A stretch of DNA of 64,000 nt, taken from the NCBI GenBank assembly GCA_964035545.1, contig OZ037765.1, positions 13,588,698 through 13,652,697 on the forward strand. The letters are read 5' to 3'. Positions 14,510 through 28,777 of this stretch are shown here, piece after piece. Both the position numbers and the translations under genes were made by a program. Source of the DNA: Bugula neritina (lineage: Eukaryota > Animalia > Bryozoa). The notes beneath the pieces were generated by a model. It did no database searches and had not been told where the DNA came from. It saw only the letters and a list, made by a program, of their open reading frames with translations. Position 1 is the first letter of the stretch; each line of letters starts with the position of its first letter.

Positions 14510-16010
14510 TCAGTTTTCTGCTGGTCTGAAACAGATTGTGAATAAGCTTCTAATATTTGTAACTTTCTCAATAATAGCATTTCTCATTCTTTTCCTCAAA
14601 CCATGTGTAGCCATATCTTCTACTTGTGGATAATCAACTGTTATTATCTTCTCTTTTACTGGACTGTATGTTTTAGTAGCCAATGCTTTACTCTCATTAT
14701 CTAAAAAAAAGTTTTAGCAAGTCATGTATGCAACTGCGATATAATCTACCAGTCAAATATTCGATGACATTTTTTTTATGTCATAAAGTAATACCTATAC
14801 AAAGTTACGCAGTGCAACGGAATTTTTGCATTTGGTGTAGTTATATAAACAGCTCTAGAATGGACAAGATACTTTTGATACACCCACACACTCACAGCAC
14901 GCACAGTAGCATGTTGCTTCTAGTTGATGAGATAACTCTCAATACAGGAAATTGGGAACTAAATTAGTCTTTTATATTTATATTATAACCAAAATACATT
15001 TGATTTGAGAACGTTAGAATACAAGATTCAATAAAGGGTTTACAGAATATCACTTACCAACTTTTGATTCCAACTCTGATGCAACCTTTGAGTTGATGAC
15101 ATTGTTGCTGATATTCCCTCGGGTATGGTGATTGGTTGATGGGACAGACAGACCTTCGAAGTCAGCTATGTTGGCAATGTCAGAGTTATTATTGTTGACA
15201 CCTACACAAATATACACATACATTTATATCATGAAGGTTAAAAATATTTCATAGTAACAAATTTACCCTGAAGCAATATGTGGATATAATAAACACTTGA
15301 ACATTTTTACTGTTATAATAAGAAACCAGCAAAGCAAATGTTATTTTTATATTTTTGTATTCACCAATGTTGTTATAAGTTGTCTCCCCTGCTACAATTG
15401 TTATGTCTGATTCTGAACCAAAGTCTCTCAAATCTCCCACATCTACAGCAACATAGTTGATACCATCTACTATTATGGTCATGTCATCATCATCATGTTG
15501 TGTGTCAAAGCTCAGATTTTCATATTGACTTTCTCTGTAAGAAAAATCGTTGTGAATTTATTTTATATATGATATAAATTTTATTATTTAACATAGTGAT
15601 ATTAATTTCTTGAATATAATATATGATAAGTATGTAGATATTGGTAATAGTATCATATGTAATGTATACATTTACGATGACAGAGTGTATCATTGAGACT
15701 GACATTATGTTATGCAGAAAGCTTTCTCTAATATACTGATAATTTTAAATATTTTCAATAAAGCGAATGTTAAAGATAGTTTTGCTGTTGGTTCTTTGAA
15801 ACACTTATATTCAACATAAATTTGTTGTTCAATTTACAAGTTGATCACATATTATACTCTCTACTCTGGATTATCACTATTACTAGATGGAGATGTATTG
15901 ATATACTGGAAATGTATAACTTACAGAAATATTGACAGAATCTCACTGTCTGCTGATGTTGAAGTTAATGCACAGCTAGAAACATGACAAACACAATGAG
16001 AATCCATCAT
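14510..16010 (-). CDS. Orphan acidic protein, copy 1 (196 aa, 4 exons)
   Basis: Exons 16010-15925, 15534-15365, 15201-15058, 14700-14510, all GT-AG and phase-consistent; MMDSHCVCHVSSC...HDDDDMTII...LRKRMRNAIIEKVTNIRSLFTICFRPAEN*. Confidence 0.7.
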
Positions 16011-17006
16011 CTCAAGTAGATATTAGATTTAGTGAATATATTTTACAGTTTCTGATATGAAGTTTGCAGTAACAGCTTTCTCAATCACAAGTTGAAACAA
16101 CAATGGCAGAGGACAATGCGTCAAAAGTTGATTGTTGGATGTTATGTAGAAATTCAAATAATTTAGCGAATTCTATATTTTGTACAAGAGTTATTCTACC
16201 TGATAAATAACCCGGTGCTGCCAGAGTCAAATGCCTTGAGTTCATTTAAATATCTATGTGAAATTGTCTCTCAGTTTCATAAAGTGCACTCTATATTATA
16301 ATCAATATATATGTTGTAACACGCTTTTTAAAGATTCGAATTTTGTAGAATGTGAGATAATTGTAGAATGATAACATGAATTATTTTGTACATTTCAAGA
16401 GACAACACTGAACTCACAAGGTGTACCCCTAGTCAAAAACCAGCTTGAGTCATGCATCATTCTTACTGCAACAAAGGCCAGCTGACTAGCAGGTCAAGTC
16501 TCTTACCCACCAAACTAAACATAATGTACTGATGGCAACTCTACAAGGGAACGTTACCGTGCACCATTATAACATTTTTGTCTACACTGACTCACCCTAG
16601 AGTAGAAATGGGCATATCCAACACTTTAATAACTATGACTGAACCTAATCTACAACTCCTGTGTGACACCATGCATTGTATAGACTACATAATATTTTAG
16701 ACTGTCAGTAAATCACTATAATTATTACTCATATCAGTAACAGATCTGTTATTTATACTTGTTATTACTCAACATGTTTTATATGAAATCAAACATGAAA
16801 ATATAATTTCAGCATTAACATTAGCATTAACATGTTGCAGCATTTTGCACAACTGAAGTTATGAAATTTACATTTATGCCAGATAGTTTACAAAAGATAG
16901 TCAAAAAGAGCACATAAATTCTCTAAATCCATAGGTTGACTCCAAAAATTTGCTTCTCTTCTTTAGACAAAAAGTAAAGTTACATGCCTCTACTAACTGC
17001 ATATAC

Positions 17007-17114
17007 ATGCGTGCGTGCATGTATGCGCGTGTGCATGCGTGCGTGCGTGCGTGTGTGTGTGTGGGTGCATGCTTCTGTGCATGCCTGCTCGTGGCTTGTG
17101 TGCATGTGCGTGGT

Positions 17115-17166
<52 letters not shown>

Positions 17167-17215
17167 TGTGTGTGTGTGTGTGTGTGGGTGTATGCTTGTG
17201 TGCATGCCTGCCTGC
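17007..17215. repeat. Compound (GT)n/(GCGT)n microsatellite
   Basis: Seen directly; paralogous tracts at 25645-25735, 35293-35500 and, inverted, 40083-40212. Confidence 0.95.
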
Positions 17216-17554
17216 ATTGTTGATTTTGCAAGCATAAAATCTTGTTTTTATATCAAAGAAATCTATAAGGAATGCTGATAATAATTTTGTGTAAAGTAAA
17301 ACTTTAATGAATTATTAACAAATTTTTTGTTGGCTTTGCCAGCAGATAAGATTTTTTATGTTTATAAAGAAATTTATAAGAAATGCTAGGAGTCATAATG
17401 ACCAAAAACTGTTAAATATAATATACTGCTGTCTTTTAATTATTTCATGCTTAACATTTTATTACCTTCATTATAGACATCACTAAAGACAGAATTTGTA
17501 AAAAATGTGAATAGAAAACAATGTGGAAATCATATGGAACAGAAATGTGCTTAC

Positions 17555-17606
17555 CAAATGAAATAATGACGGTGATGGCAGTTATCAACAGTGCGAGAAA
17601 CTTCAT
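17555..17606 (-). pseudogene. Orphan signal-peptide exon of a defensin-like gene (copy a)
   Basis: ATG-MKFLALLITAITVIISF followed by a G|gtaag phase-1 donor; its downstream intron sequence matches the sequence upstream of the Cys-rich exon at 29097-29215. Confidence 0.6.
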
Positions 17607-17717
17607 ATTGAGTCTGTGGTCTACAAGTATTAGGCACACTATAGATTTTTTTCTAAAAACCTGCAGAAGTGTTTCAAAAATAAACAGAAGTAAGTTTATG
17701 TAACTCGTATTATAAAA

Positions 17718-18483
17718 AGGAGAGAATGGGGCTAGTTGAACATGAACAAAAAATTGCACTTTTGATCATAGATATTGAAGAAATTTATTGCAAATCTAAA
17801 GACCAGTAACATGAAAATTAGTCTGATGTTTCTGTATTTGTCCAATAAGACTAAATACATAAACATTTTATTTACTATGATAAAGCCAATTTTTGCCCAT
17901 AAGTCTTTTTTGCACAATGGGTCACAATAGGGGGCAAGTCGAGCCGACCTGTGGGAAAGTTAAACCAGTGCCATTTATGTTATAATATAAATGTGCTGAA
18001 AAATGATTTACTGTAAAAATGAAGAGTAAAAAACATAAAATAACAAAAAAGCATTGGCGGGAACAAATAACCGAAGCACTTGATGTGATTTGTCATTGAA
18101 GCCATTTAACATCTCAAATAAAGGATATGCAGAAGACACTTTAAAACCCAAGCAGCAGTAACAGAATATAATAGAGATAATTTCGACAATACATGCCTAA
18201 ATTTCTTTGAATGGGCTAATAAAATTCAAGAAACGAGACGCATTTTTATGTGCAAAAATAAATTTTCAACTTAATTTTCAATTTTCACACTTTTTTGTGC
18301 AAACAATGTGAAAAATATCAGCTCACCTAAAATATTCTGATTTGATTTCCTATATTACAAGGCGTCTGGTAGTTCACGTAAATAGCTCTTAAGTAAAGGA
18401 GGTAAAATATTGTAATGATTAAAAAAAGTTAGAGCATAAGTTTCAACTTATCCAGTGGCTCAACCAGCCTTTCTCTGCACCTA
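17718..18483. mobile_element. Possible older degenerate MITE-like element (paralog at ~36003-36766)
   Basis: Degenerate inverted ends (ggagagaatggggctagttga ... tcaaccagcctttctctg) and internal related motifs (gggggcaagtcgagcc). Confidence 0.35.
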
Positions 18484-18537
18484 CATCATAACCACAAATT
18501 TAAGTTAGATTTATTTAAATATATAAATAAATATATA

Positions 18538-19859
18538 GGGGTAACGGGGGCACAACGGTCATAGGGGTAGAAAAAGCCAGCCAAATTGTGAGAGAACTTA
18601 TTGACTTAGAGTTGTAATTTTTTTTTTAATAGAAAAGTTATGACATAATTATTCAGCCATTGTAGTTTCAACACTTGCGGAACATACGTGTTTTAGAGGC
18701 AAGTAAAAAACTGTTTCTACCTACTTTTTGTAATTTTTTTAAGATGTCATTAAAGCTTTATAACTTTTTACACTCAAAGGTAACAAGCCTAGATTTTACT
18801 GATATTGTTGCCATTGCTTGTCTCTACATTGCTTAACTAGTATAACAGCAAACTCTAAAATAAATTTTCCTTGGGCCACATTTATTTTCAATTTGGCCAC
18901 ACGGGGCAGAATGGGCCACACTGACCGGGGCCCAATTGGCCACCTGATTATTGCACCCTGATGACTGTTATTAGCTTGTTTGCCCAAAAAGCTGGTTGAA
19001 ATGTTACTAAAATCTATAGATATAGTCATTTCTGACGTTTTTGTAAAATATCAAAGACATCATGCGGTAAGACTATCAAACTACAAGGTGAAGCTCCCCT
19101 AATATATACATCTGGTGAAGTTATAGCTTTGGCATTTTATACATAATACAAAACACTCTGCTGCTGCTACTGGTGGATAGTCATGATATTCATTATATAT
19201 TATATCATTGAGAAAATATACATGTATTTGACTAAAATAAACTGCGATTTGCTCATTTCCTCCCCCTCTCCCTTCCATACTCCAGCCACAAACCGCAGCC
19301 ATATACACCAATTAGCTACAGTTCATAGAAAAAAGTCCACGCGTAATTTTGTATTGCATGTTGCTAAAGTTTTCTTCTGATAAAAGTTCCTGTGAAGTGA
19401 AAATAGAAAAACATTTTTTAGTTCTAAACAGTAATGATAATGGCACCGTAGAAATGAGTGATGTGCGTTTGGTTTTGCCTTCCCCTGCTACCTGTGGTGG
19501 CACAAACTGTACAGCTAAAACATTAATTTTGCGGTAGATCTGAAAAAATATTTTTATTTATTTGTAATATTGAATAAATAAAGATCAGATGCAACAAAAT
19601 CAGCAAAGTTTCAATATAGTTGTTGTGTCTCACCCAGTGGCCCATTGTACCCCGGTACCGGGCACAATGGGCCGATTTTTTCGTCATGAAAATTTCATTA
19701 TTCTGAAATTTGTGAGAGAGATAGAAACAACAAACTGATACCTGTAATAGACAACAGATGCAGCATTAAGACTAGAGATTATTGAACTAGTAACTTGAAA
19801 AAACAAACGAATGAGAGCAAAAAATTCAAAATTCGGCCCCATTGTACCTCGGTTACCCC
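18538..19859. mobile_element. Non-autonomous DNA transposon (Tc1/mariner/pogo-type, TA TSD), about 1.32 kb
   Basis: TIRs GGGGTAACGGGGGCACAAC / ATTGTACCTCGGTTACCCC flanked by TA on both sides; internal repeats of GGGCACAATGGGCC; no transposase ORF. Confidence 0.85.
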
Positions 19860-22800
19860 TATTGTGATAAATAGTTTTATTGTAACTTTAAGTCTACTTG
19901 GCTTCACAATTCTATATAAATTAAAGTCTTAAATAACTTAATGCATGAAAACTTTATTGCGCTGTAAAACAATCTGATAATAAGGTGTTAGAGAAGCTCT
20001 GAATATCTGTGTGATTTAAAAAATGTATCATTGATTTCAATTAAAACCTAATTTATGTAAAGCAAATATTATATAACGTTTAGTTTTTCCACTGATGCAA
20101 TCAGGATGAAAATTAATTCACTCAAATGAGTGGCTTTTCTGGTGAAGCTCTCAAACTATTCAAGGTAAACATTGTTTTAAAACAGTTTAAATTGCCTAAA
20201 ATTTTAACAAGACTTTGAACTATTACAATGCTTGTCTGCTGTTATTAGTTTGCCTATAATTTGCCCGTTGAATTTTGCATATCTGTGATTGTCCACAGAT
20301 TGAAATAAATTGGTTAGCTTTCATTTATATCGAAAGCATGCATGGTTCACATTTAATTATAAAACGTTTGTGAATACAAAGACTGAAATTTTATTTTCTA
20401 GAAACCGATTGGTTTTTGTTATAACGTGCAAATTTTATGAACATACTTGTATAACTTTTTATTTTTATTCACCAACTTTATACATTTGATGCCTTTTTTT
20501 CAATACACATAAATAACTAACTCTACCATATCTGCACTGCTTTATTATTGCATGGCAGGATATTGTCAGTCATCTAGAATACAAAGGAACTAGAGAGCAG
20601 AAATATGCCCTTTTCTAGCAATAAAATCATATCAGCATTATATTCATCTCAATCTCATTAGTTGTGATGAAATTACTATAGTTTGGACAAGGTTTAATAT
20701 TAATATCATTTTAGTACCAGTTGTCTCATTACAGTTACTCTATAGATCCTAGCAAAGTGAGAATTAATTTAGATCACTGGAGGGACTGACCATCAACAAG
20801 TGCCAGGGTACTGAGGTGGCTCAATATATAGACTGAAGAGAATAATATTCCTAGTAAACATGATATCAGTGACAATAGTTTACTACACGAACAGTTAACA
20901 TATTCTACTACAAATTAAAGAGTCTGAGTAAAGGTACAGTGACTGTAGCATCTAGCCTTCAACATCAAAGCAATAGCTGCTACAGTAGGAGTTGCTCCTT
21001 TAACAATAAAACTGCAAAAAATGACAGACATTGTCCATGAGTTATCACAACAGTATATACAGTATCCTTGTACACTTGGGTGTTTGGAAGAGTCTTTTGA
21101 TATGGATAAGCTGGATGCTGATTGAACTGTTGGTTCCGACGCTAAGGGTTGTGAAGAGCTATGGTGGCACCCCCCCCTCGTGGCTGGCCGCAAAGCCTGG
21201 GGCATTGTACAGGCTGGCCGAGTGCAGCACGAAGAAATGCCATAACATAATTTGGCTATAATACAGCTAATTGACACTGACGCATGGGAGGGGGTAGCAC
21301 AGCATGTCCCAATGGCCATCGCACAACGTAATAAAAAATATTTTGAAAATATTTTTAAATCTGACTTTCAGACGTAGCTGAACAGTAAATCGCTGCCAAT
21401 TAAACTTGTATTATTGTTTAAAAAACACAACAACCCATTCGCAATGAAAACACTAAGCTAGGAAAAAGTTTTAACTATTATTGAAAAGTGGCAAAATATG
21501 AAAAGTTTTTGTGTGACTCAGGAAAATAATTTCCTGTACACACGACTAACATGTTTTGACTAGCAGTGAGTTATAACTAGAATACCTAAAACTTAATTAA
21601 TGGCTTGGCATTTTTAAAAATAATCGCAAGCAGCCCTTGTATTGGCAAAATATCTTATACTAAATGCCCAAATGTTTCTGTAAGAAATAGTTACAAATAA
21701 CTTAAATTTTATTTAAGAAGGTAGTCTTTGCAAATGTTTATTTAAGTTACTGTCAATGTAAGCTTCTATTACTTTGTAGAATGATTAGCCTTATAGTACC
21801 ACAAATGCTTTATATAGCATTTGTTAACAGCCATAGACACAACTGCATGCAATTGCCTTGCACTTTTCTTAGATTATCAAAGTTATCATGATAAGACTAT
21901 CAAGATACACGATAAGCTGTCCGCACAATGTATCTGGTGATGCTATGTTTTTGTCATTATATTTATCCTGTAAATCACCTTGCTGCTAATCTTCAACAGT
22001 CATTATATTCATATATCAATTGAGGGTATATAGTTGGCTAAAAAAATTGTTCATTTTACTCATCTCCAGCTACAGACTTCAGCTACTGAGCGTTGCTGTT
22101 TACTGTAGGCTAAAAATACATTCCCGTGATGCATGCATGCAGCTATGGCATCTACAAAACCTAGATAATGCCATTTGTAAAATTAGTTTTCTTTTTGATG
22201 GCCTTCTCTAGAGCAATGGTGCCATCAAACATTGCTTTTGGTTTTTGAGAAACAGGACTTTATCTGATTTTGATTAGCACAAATTTTCAGATGATAGGTT
22301 TCTCAAGTTTTCAAAAAAGGTTTTCGGCCTTATTGAGTGTGGAATGAGTAGCTTTGTTGAGCTCTCAACTGTATGTTTTATATTTTATAACGTTTTCCTT
22401 ATTATTGAAAGTCTTTAAATGGCTATTTTTTTCTATATTTTTAAGTGAGCATTATTTTTTCAAGCAATTACATGTACTGCATTATTGAGTAGGATATATT
22501 TTATTTTTTTAAATGAAATTATAATAGTGTTTACAATGTCTACCTTTATACATATTATGCCCATTATATTCTATGTTATAAGAATATATTTTATGAACCA
22601 TAGAGAGGCTGCAAGAATGACTTCTTTATTTATATTATTTGAGTAAAAGCTGTTTATGTATAGGCCCTACAGGAATAAAGTGTGTAGAATAATAAATAGC
22701 ATTTATGGCAAATATATTATGAAAATATGTAAATTATAATTGTAAAAAGAATGTTTATCTATTTGCAAGCAAGAGATGTTAATAAGTATAGGAAATGAAT

Positions 22801-23117
22801 GAAAAGCAGTAATTGAATTGAAGGTGTGCCATTATATTTAATAAAATAATATAACTATAAGAAGCACTTTTTACATAATCTAACAGAATGTGCATTATAT
22901 CTTGATAAACACAGTTTATACATCAACTATTATTCCAACCATTAACTGTTCCTTAAATAGTAAATAAATTCAATACAATACATACAATAACTATAATAGT
23001 GTATAACATTGTTCTCTAGCATTTTTAAATAATATTCCTGATATATTACATAAACTAAACAGGCAATATTTAACAGCTGATAAAAAATAGAAATCTGATC
23101 TCAGTTTTATTGTTTTT

Positions 23118-24620
23118 TTAGTTTTCTGCTGGTCTGAAACAGACTGTGAATAAGCTTCTAATATTTGTAACTTTCTCAATGATAGCATTTCTTATTCTTT
23201 TCCTTAAACAATGTGTAGTCATATCTTCTACTTGTGGATAATCAACTGTTATGACCTTCTCCTTTACTGGACTGAGTGTTTGAGTAATCAATGCCTTGCT
23301 CTCATTATCTAAAGAAAAATTTTAGCAAGTCATGTATGCAACTGCGATATAATATACCAGTCAAATATGATGACATTGTTTTTATGTCATAAGGTAATAC
23401 CTATACAAAGTTAAGCAGTACAACATAATTTTTAAATTTGGTACAGTTATATAAAACAGCTCTAGAATGGACAAGATATTTTTGATACACCCACACACCC
23501 ACAGCACGCACAGTAGCATGTTGCTTCTAGTTGATGAGATAACTCTCAACACAGGAAGCTGGGAACTAAATCAGTCTTTTATATTTATATTATAACCAAA
23601 ATACAATTGATTTGAGAACGTTCTAATACAAGATTTAATAAAGGGTTTACAGAATATCACTTACCAACTTTAGAGTCAAACTCTGATGCAAACTTTGAGT
23701 TGATGACATTGTTGTTGTTATTCCCTCGGGTATGGTGATTGGTTGATGGGACAGACAGACCTTCGAAGTCAGCTATGTTGGCAATGTCAGAGTTATTATT
23801 GTTGACACCTACACAAATATACACATACATTTATATCATGAAGGTTAAGAATATTTCATGGTAACAAATCTACTCTGAAACAATATTTTGATATAATAAA
23901 CACTTGAACATTTTTACTGTTATAATAAGAAACCAACAAAGCAAATATTATTTTTATATTTTTGTATTCACCAATGCTGCTATAAGTTGTCTCCTCTGCT
24001 ACAATTGTTATGTCTGACTCTGAATCAAAGTCTCTCAAATCTCCCACATCTACAGCAACATAGTTGATACCATCTGCTATTATGGTCATGTCATCATCAT
24101 CATGTTGTGTGTCAAAGCTCAGATTTTCATATTGACTTTCTCTGTAAGAAAAATCGTTGTGAAATTATTTTATACATGATATAAATTTTATTATTTAACA
24201 TAGTGATATTAATTTCTTGAATATAATATATGATAAGTATGCAGATATTGGTAATGGTATCATATGTAATGTATACATTTACGATGACAGAGTGTATCAA
24301 CAAGTGATATCATTGAGACTGACATTATGTAATGCAGAAAGCTTTCTCTAACATACTCAGTATTTTAAATATTTCTAATAAAGCCAATGTTTTGCTGTTG
24401 GTTCTTTGAAACACTTATATTCAACATAAATTTGTTGTTCAATTTACAAATTGATCACATATTATACTCTCTACTCTGGATTATCACTATTACTAGATGG
24501 AGAGGTATTGATATACTGGAAATGTGTAACTTACAGAAAAATTGACAGAATCCCGCTATCTGCTGATGTTGAAGTTAACGCACAGCTAGAAACATGACAA
24601 CCACAATTAGAATCCATCAT
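23118..24620 (-). CDS. Orphan acidic protein, copy 2 (196 aa, 4 exons)
   Basis: Same exon structure as copy 1, open frame, ends CFRPAEN-TAA. Confidence 0.7.
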
Positions 24621-25653
24621 CTCAAGTAGATATTAGATTTAGTGAATATATTTTGCAGTTTCTGATATGAAGTTTGCAGTAACAGCTTTCTCAATCGCAA
24701 GTTGTAACAACAATGGCCGAAGACATTGCGTCAAAAGTTGATTGTTGGATGTTATGTAGAAATTCAAATAGTTTAGCAAATTCTATAGTGTGTACTGGAG
24801 TTATCCTACTTGATTAATAACCCGGTGCTGCCAGAGTCAAATGCCTTGAGTTCATTTAAATATCTATGTGAAATTGTCTCTCAGTTTCATAAAATGCACT
24901 CTATATTATAATCAATATATATGTTGTAACACGATTTTTAACTTTTTGAATTTTGTAGAATGTGAGATAATTGTAGAATGATAATATGAATTATTACGTA
25001 CACTTTAGGAGAGAACCCTCTATTCAGAAGGGTATTCCTAGTCAACAACCAGCTTGAGTCATGCATCATTCTTACTGTAACAAAGGCCAGCTGACTAGCA
25101 GGTCAAGTCTCTTACCCACCAAACTAAACATAATGTACTGATGGCAACTCTACAAGGGAACGTTGCTGTGCACCATTAATACATTTTTGTCTACACTGAC
25201 TCACCCTAGAGTAGAAATGAGCAAATCCAACACTGTAATAACTATGACTGAACATAATTTACAACTCCTGTGTGACACCATGCATTGTATAGACTACATA
25301 ATATTTTAGACTGTCAGTAAATCACTATAATTATTACTCATATCAGTAACAGATCTGTTATTTATACAAGTTTGTTATTACTCAACATGTTTTATATGAA
25401 ATATAACATGAAAATATAATTTCAGCCTTGAAATTTGTGTTGCAGCATTTTGCAGAACTGATCGAGGTTATGAAATTTACTTTTATGCCAAGTAGTTTAC
25501 AAAAGATAGTCAAACAGAGCACATGAATTCTCAAAATTCATAGGTTGACTCCAAAAATTCACTTCTCTTCTTTAAACAAAAAGTAAAGTTTTATGCCTCT
25601 ACTAACTGCATATAAAGAACTCGCGTGTTGAACTATATTCATACATGTGTGCA

Positions 25654-25738
<85 letters not shown>

Positions 25739-26303
25739 TTGACTGGGCAGTGCAGGATTATTTACAATTGGGGAATTTATTCATCTTTAATGAGTTGATA
25801 GCCAGTCTTTAACAGCTGTTCTTAGTCACATTATGAAATAAATCTTAGATAAAATTTAGTATTTGATAGATTAGCAAGATTGTTCAAGCAGTTATAAAAT
25901 ACCAGCATTACAAATGAAAATTGAGTTATATAGCCCACATGATTTCTACGGTTCTCCAATTATAACTGTTCATCACTTTTATAATTATTTCTTAGTTGAC
26001 AATAATTTCATTTGGTATTCTGAAAACAGCTGTTACTGTTGCCTGGGTTATTTCTGCTTGTCACAATTACAACCAGTTCATAAATTGTAGCCAACTCTAT
26101 AATAATCTGATTGTTAATTGCAGTCAGATGTGGGAACTTGAGAATTGTCTTCTCTTGATGTCTTCAATGTTTGCAAAATCTGGACAGGTCATCCTTGTTA
26201 ATTGATCAGTAAGTAAAGACAACCACAGAAAGTTGTATAGAGGCAACTTTATCACTGGCATATAGTAAAGTCTTCTATATACAATGAAAGACACACTTAG
26301 AGA

Positions 26304-28777
26304 TCATCTCATCTCATCTCATCTCATCTAATAAATCTCACTCGGAGCGCTTTGGCTCCTTTATCGAGATGCAGTGGTGTATGAACAATTGTTTAGATTA
26401 TAAGTAGTAAGGAAGAAAACCATTTTGTCTACAAGATAAGAATATAGTTAATTATGCTTTGATTCAAAGCTCCAATAGCTAGCTACTGCCAGAAAAGAAG
26501 AAAAAAAAAGAAAAAAAAAAGTAAATAAATAAATAAATATACACCGCACAGTTTCAGATGATATAAAGCAGAGTCGGTGTTAAGTGCTTATAATCAGTTA
26601 GGCAAGCAGCTAGAATCATTAGAAAAGTTTATGGATGCGATGTTTATATGAATGTTTGACAGTTTTGGTATTGATATTGCCCTTAATAGCACCATGTCTG
26701 GTATTGTGAGACTCTGCAAAATGAAGGGAGAACCAGTCTTGGTCTATAGCGGCACTACCAGAAAGCATACGAAAGTACATTTTTTGGTCTGCATTGTCAC
26801 GTCTTTGTGCAAGGCTATCCCAATTAGAATTTGTCATGAGCTCAGTTATATGATCTCGTTTTCTCTTACAGAATGTCCACCTGAAGGCTTTTCTATTTAT
26901 ACCTTCTATGATGTTGATGTTTTTCAATTTAAATGGAGACCAGGTGTGGGTCGCAAATTCTAGTATAGGGCGACAGACTGTTTTATAAGCTATGGCTCTG
27001 GTTTTACTTTTAGCCTTTTTTAGACAGCGCATCAGCATGTGTAATAATTTATTAGCTTTTGAGCAAATGTTTATTATATGTTGATCGAATGACAGTTTAT
27101 TATCAATCGTGACACCAAGGTATAATACTTTGTCAACACATTGTAAGGGGTCATTATTCATGCTGTATTGAGACACTAGAGGATTTACAGTGGAGCGTTG
27201 AATTGTCATATGCTCACATTTATTTATATTGAACTTCATCTGAGAACTGTCTGCCGAAGTTATAAGATGGTCTAAGTCATTCTGAAATAAACTAGAATCA
27301 GCAGGTGTTGTGATTGGTTTGTACAACAAGGAATCATCTGCATATAGTTTAAGCTTGCTGTTAGCTACCGCAGAGTGCATGTCATTTATGTACACATTAA
27401 ATAACAATGGTCCTAATACACTGCCTTGGGGCACTCCTGAGGTCACATGTCTAGTGGCCAATTTGACGTTGTTGACACAGACTGAAAGAAGACGGTTCTG
27501 AAGCCATGAAAAAATCCATTTGACAGTTTTATCAGCTATTCCGATATTTAGCAGTTTAACCTGTAGTTTATGGTGCGACACAACGTCAAAGGCCTTTGAA
27601 AAATCCAAGACAGCGAGATCAACCGGTATCATTTTGTCGAAAAAATCTATAAATTCACTCACGGTATTCAACAACTGAGTATCGCAGCCATGATTTGTCC
27701 TGAAACCATGTTGGTGTGGGTAAAACAGGTCATTTGATTCGAGGAAACAGTTGATATTATGTGATACGATATGCTCGAAGATTTTGGATATGATAGAAGT
27801 GAGTGATATTGGCCTGTAATTCAGCGGGTCTGTACGACTTCCTTTCTTGAAGATCGGTACAATGTTTGCTGTTTTCCACTCTTGTGGTGTCTGAGATGTA
27901 TCGTAAAAGTACTGAAAAACCTTTGTCAGGGGCTCATATATATAATGTGCAAGATATTTTAGAAGTGCAGGAGAAAGCTCATCTGGGCCAGCACCTTTTC
28001 GTGGATCGAGTTTGGTGAGCTGTGTTAGGACTCCCCGAGGATCAAATTGTATAGGAGATGATATAGTTTGAGGTGGAATGCAGGGAGGGATATTACCATC
28101 ATCAATAGAAAACGCAGAAGCAAAGGAGTCCGCAAAAGATTCAGCTATAGCAGTATTGTTGTTAGGGAGATGTTGTCTAGTTGGCGTACAGTATTTGAGC
28201 TGCCCTTTTTACTTGCTATGAACGATAAAGAGGTTTTGAATCACCCTGCTCTAATGTATTGCATATGTGTTTGTTTATATAATTATTATAGTCCCTATTA
28301 CACAATTTCTTGCAGTACCGGGACTGGGTGGCATGTTTTAAAATGTTGTGCGGGGTGCGATCGTTAAGGCAAGCTAGGTGGAGGTGTTTTCTTTTTCTGA
28401 TCTCCCTTTTAGTTTCTTGGGATATCCAGAGTTCTGATTTTTTTTTTCTAAATTTGTATGGGATATTGGAATGTGCTACCTGAAGTATTCCAGATTTGAG
28501 ATTATGCCATAACTGTTCAGCGCTACATTTCTTAGAGATATCTGAGGTGATTTTACAATGTAGGGAGTAACAGTCCACGGTGATGTTCGTTATGTCTGCC
28601 TTTTCAAACTGCCAATATGGTTTTGGTTTGGTTAAGGATGCTGTCCTTCTAATAACATTATCCGCCAACACATTGAAATTGATAATAAAATGGTCAGAGC
28701 AGGATGACTCAACTCGGGGGTTAGTGGTAGTTACATTTGTAACAACTAGATCAAGCGTATTACCTTTGTCGTGAGTG
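26304..28777 (-). mobile_element. 5'-truncated LINE (CR1/L2 supergroup): end of endonuclease, RT, 3' UTR and microsatellite tail
   Basis: 'PTHDKGNTLDLVVTN...SDHFII' (end of APE domain), 'GPDELSP', 'NYRPISLTS', 'DFSKAFDVV', 'GVPQGSVLGPLLF', 'YADD'. The frame is open from ~28200 to 26619, with frameshift(s) near 28150-28225; 3' tail (GATGA)n at 26304-26328. Confidence 0.92.

Noticed and set aside
16950-17278. CV/RA/HT-rich ORFs (also 35187-35566, 40004-40243, 51812-52042, and the IY runs at 48202-48444 and 58841-59065)
   Set aside because: Products of microsatellites
15925-17606. Splicing the signal-peptide exon onto the orphan acidic gene to make it secreted
   Set aside because: The phase-1 donor joined at the ttctag acceptor gives an immediate stop (GCT GTG CAT TAA); the orphan gene has its own in-frame ATG
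20770-21330. GC-richer patch with faint resemblance to a PIF/Harbinger transposase (IAATVGVAPLT...QQYIQYP); partly deleted in the paralog at ~30745
   Set aside because: No DDE motif or TIRs recognisable, and the frame has stops; similarity too weak to call
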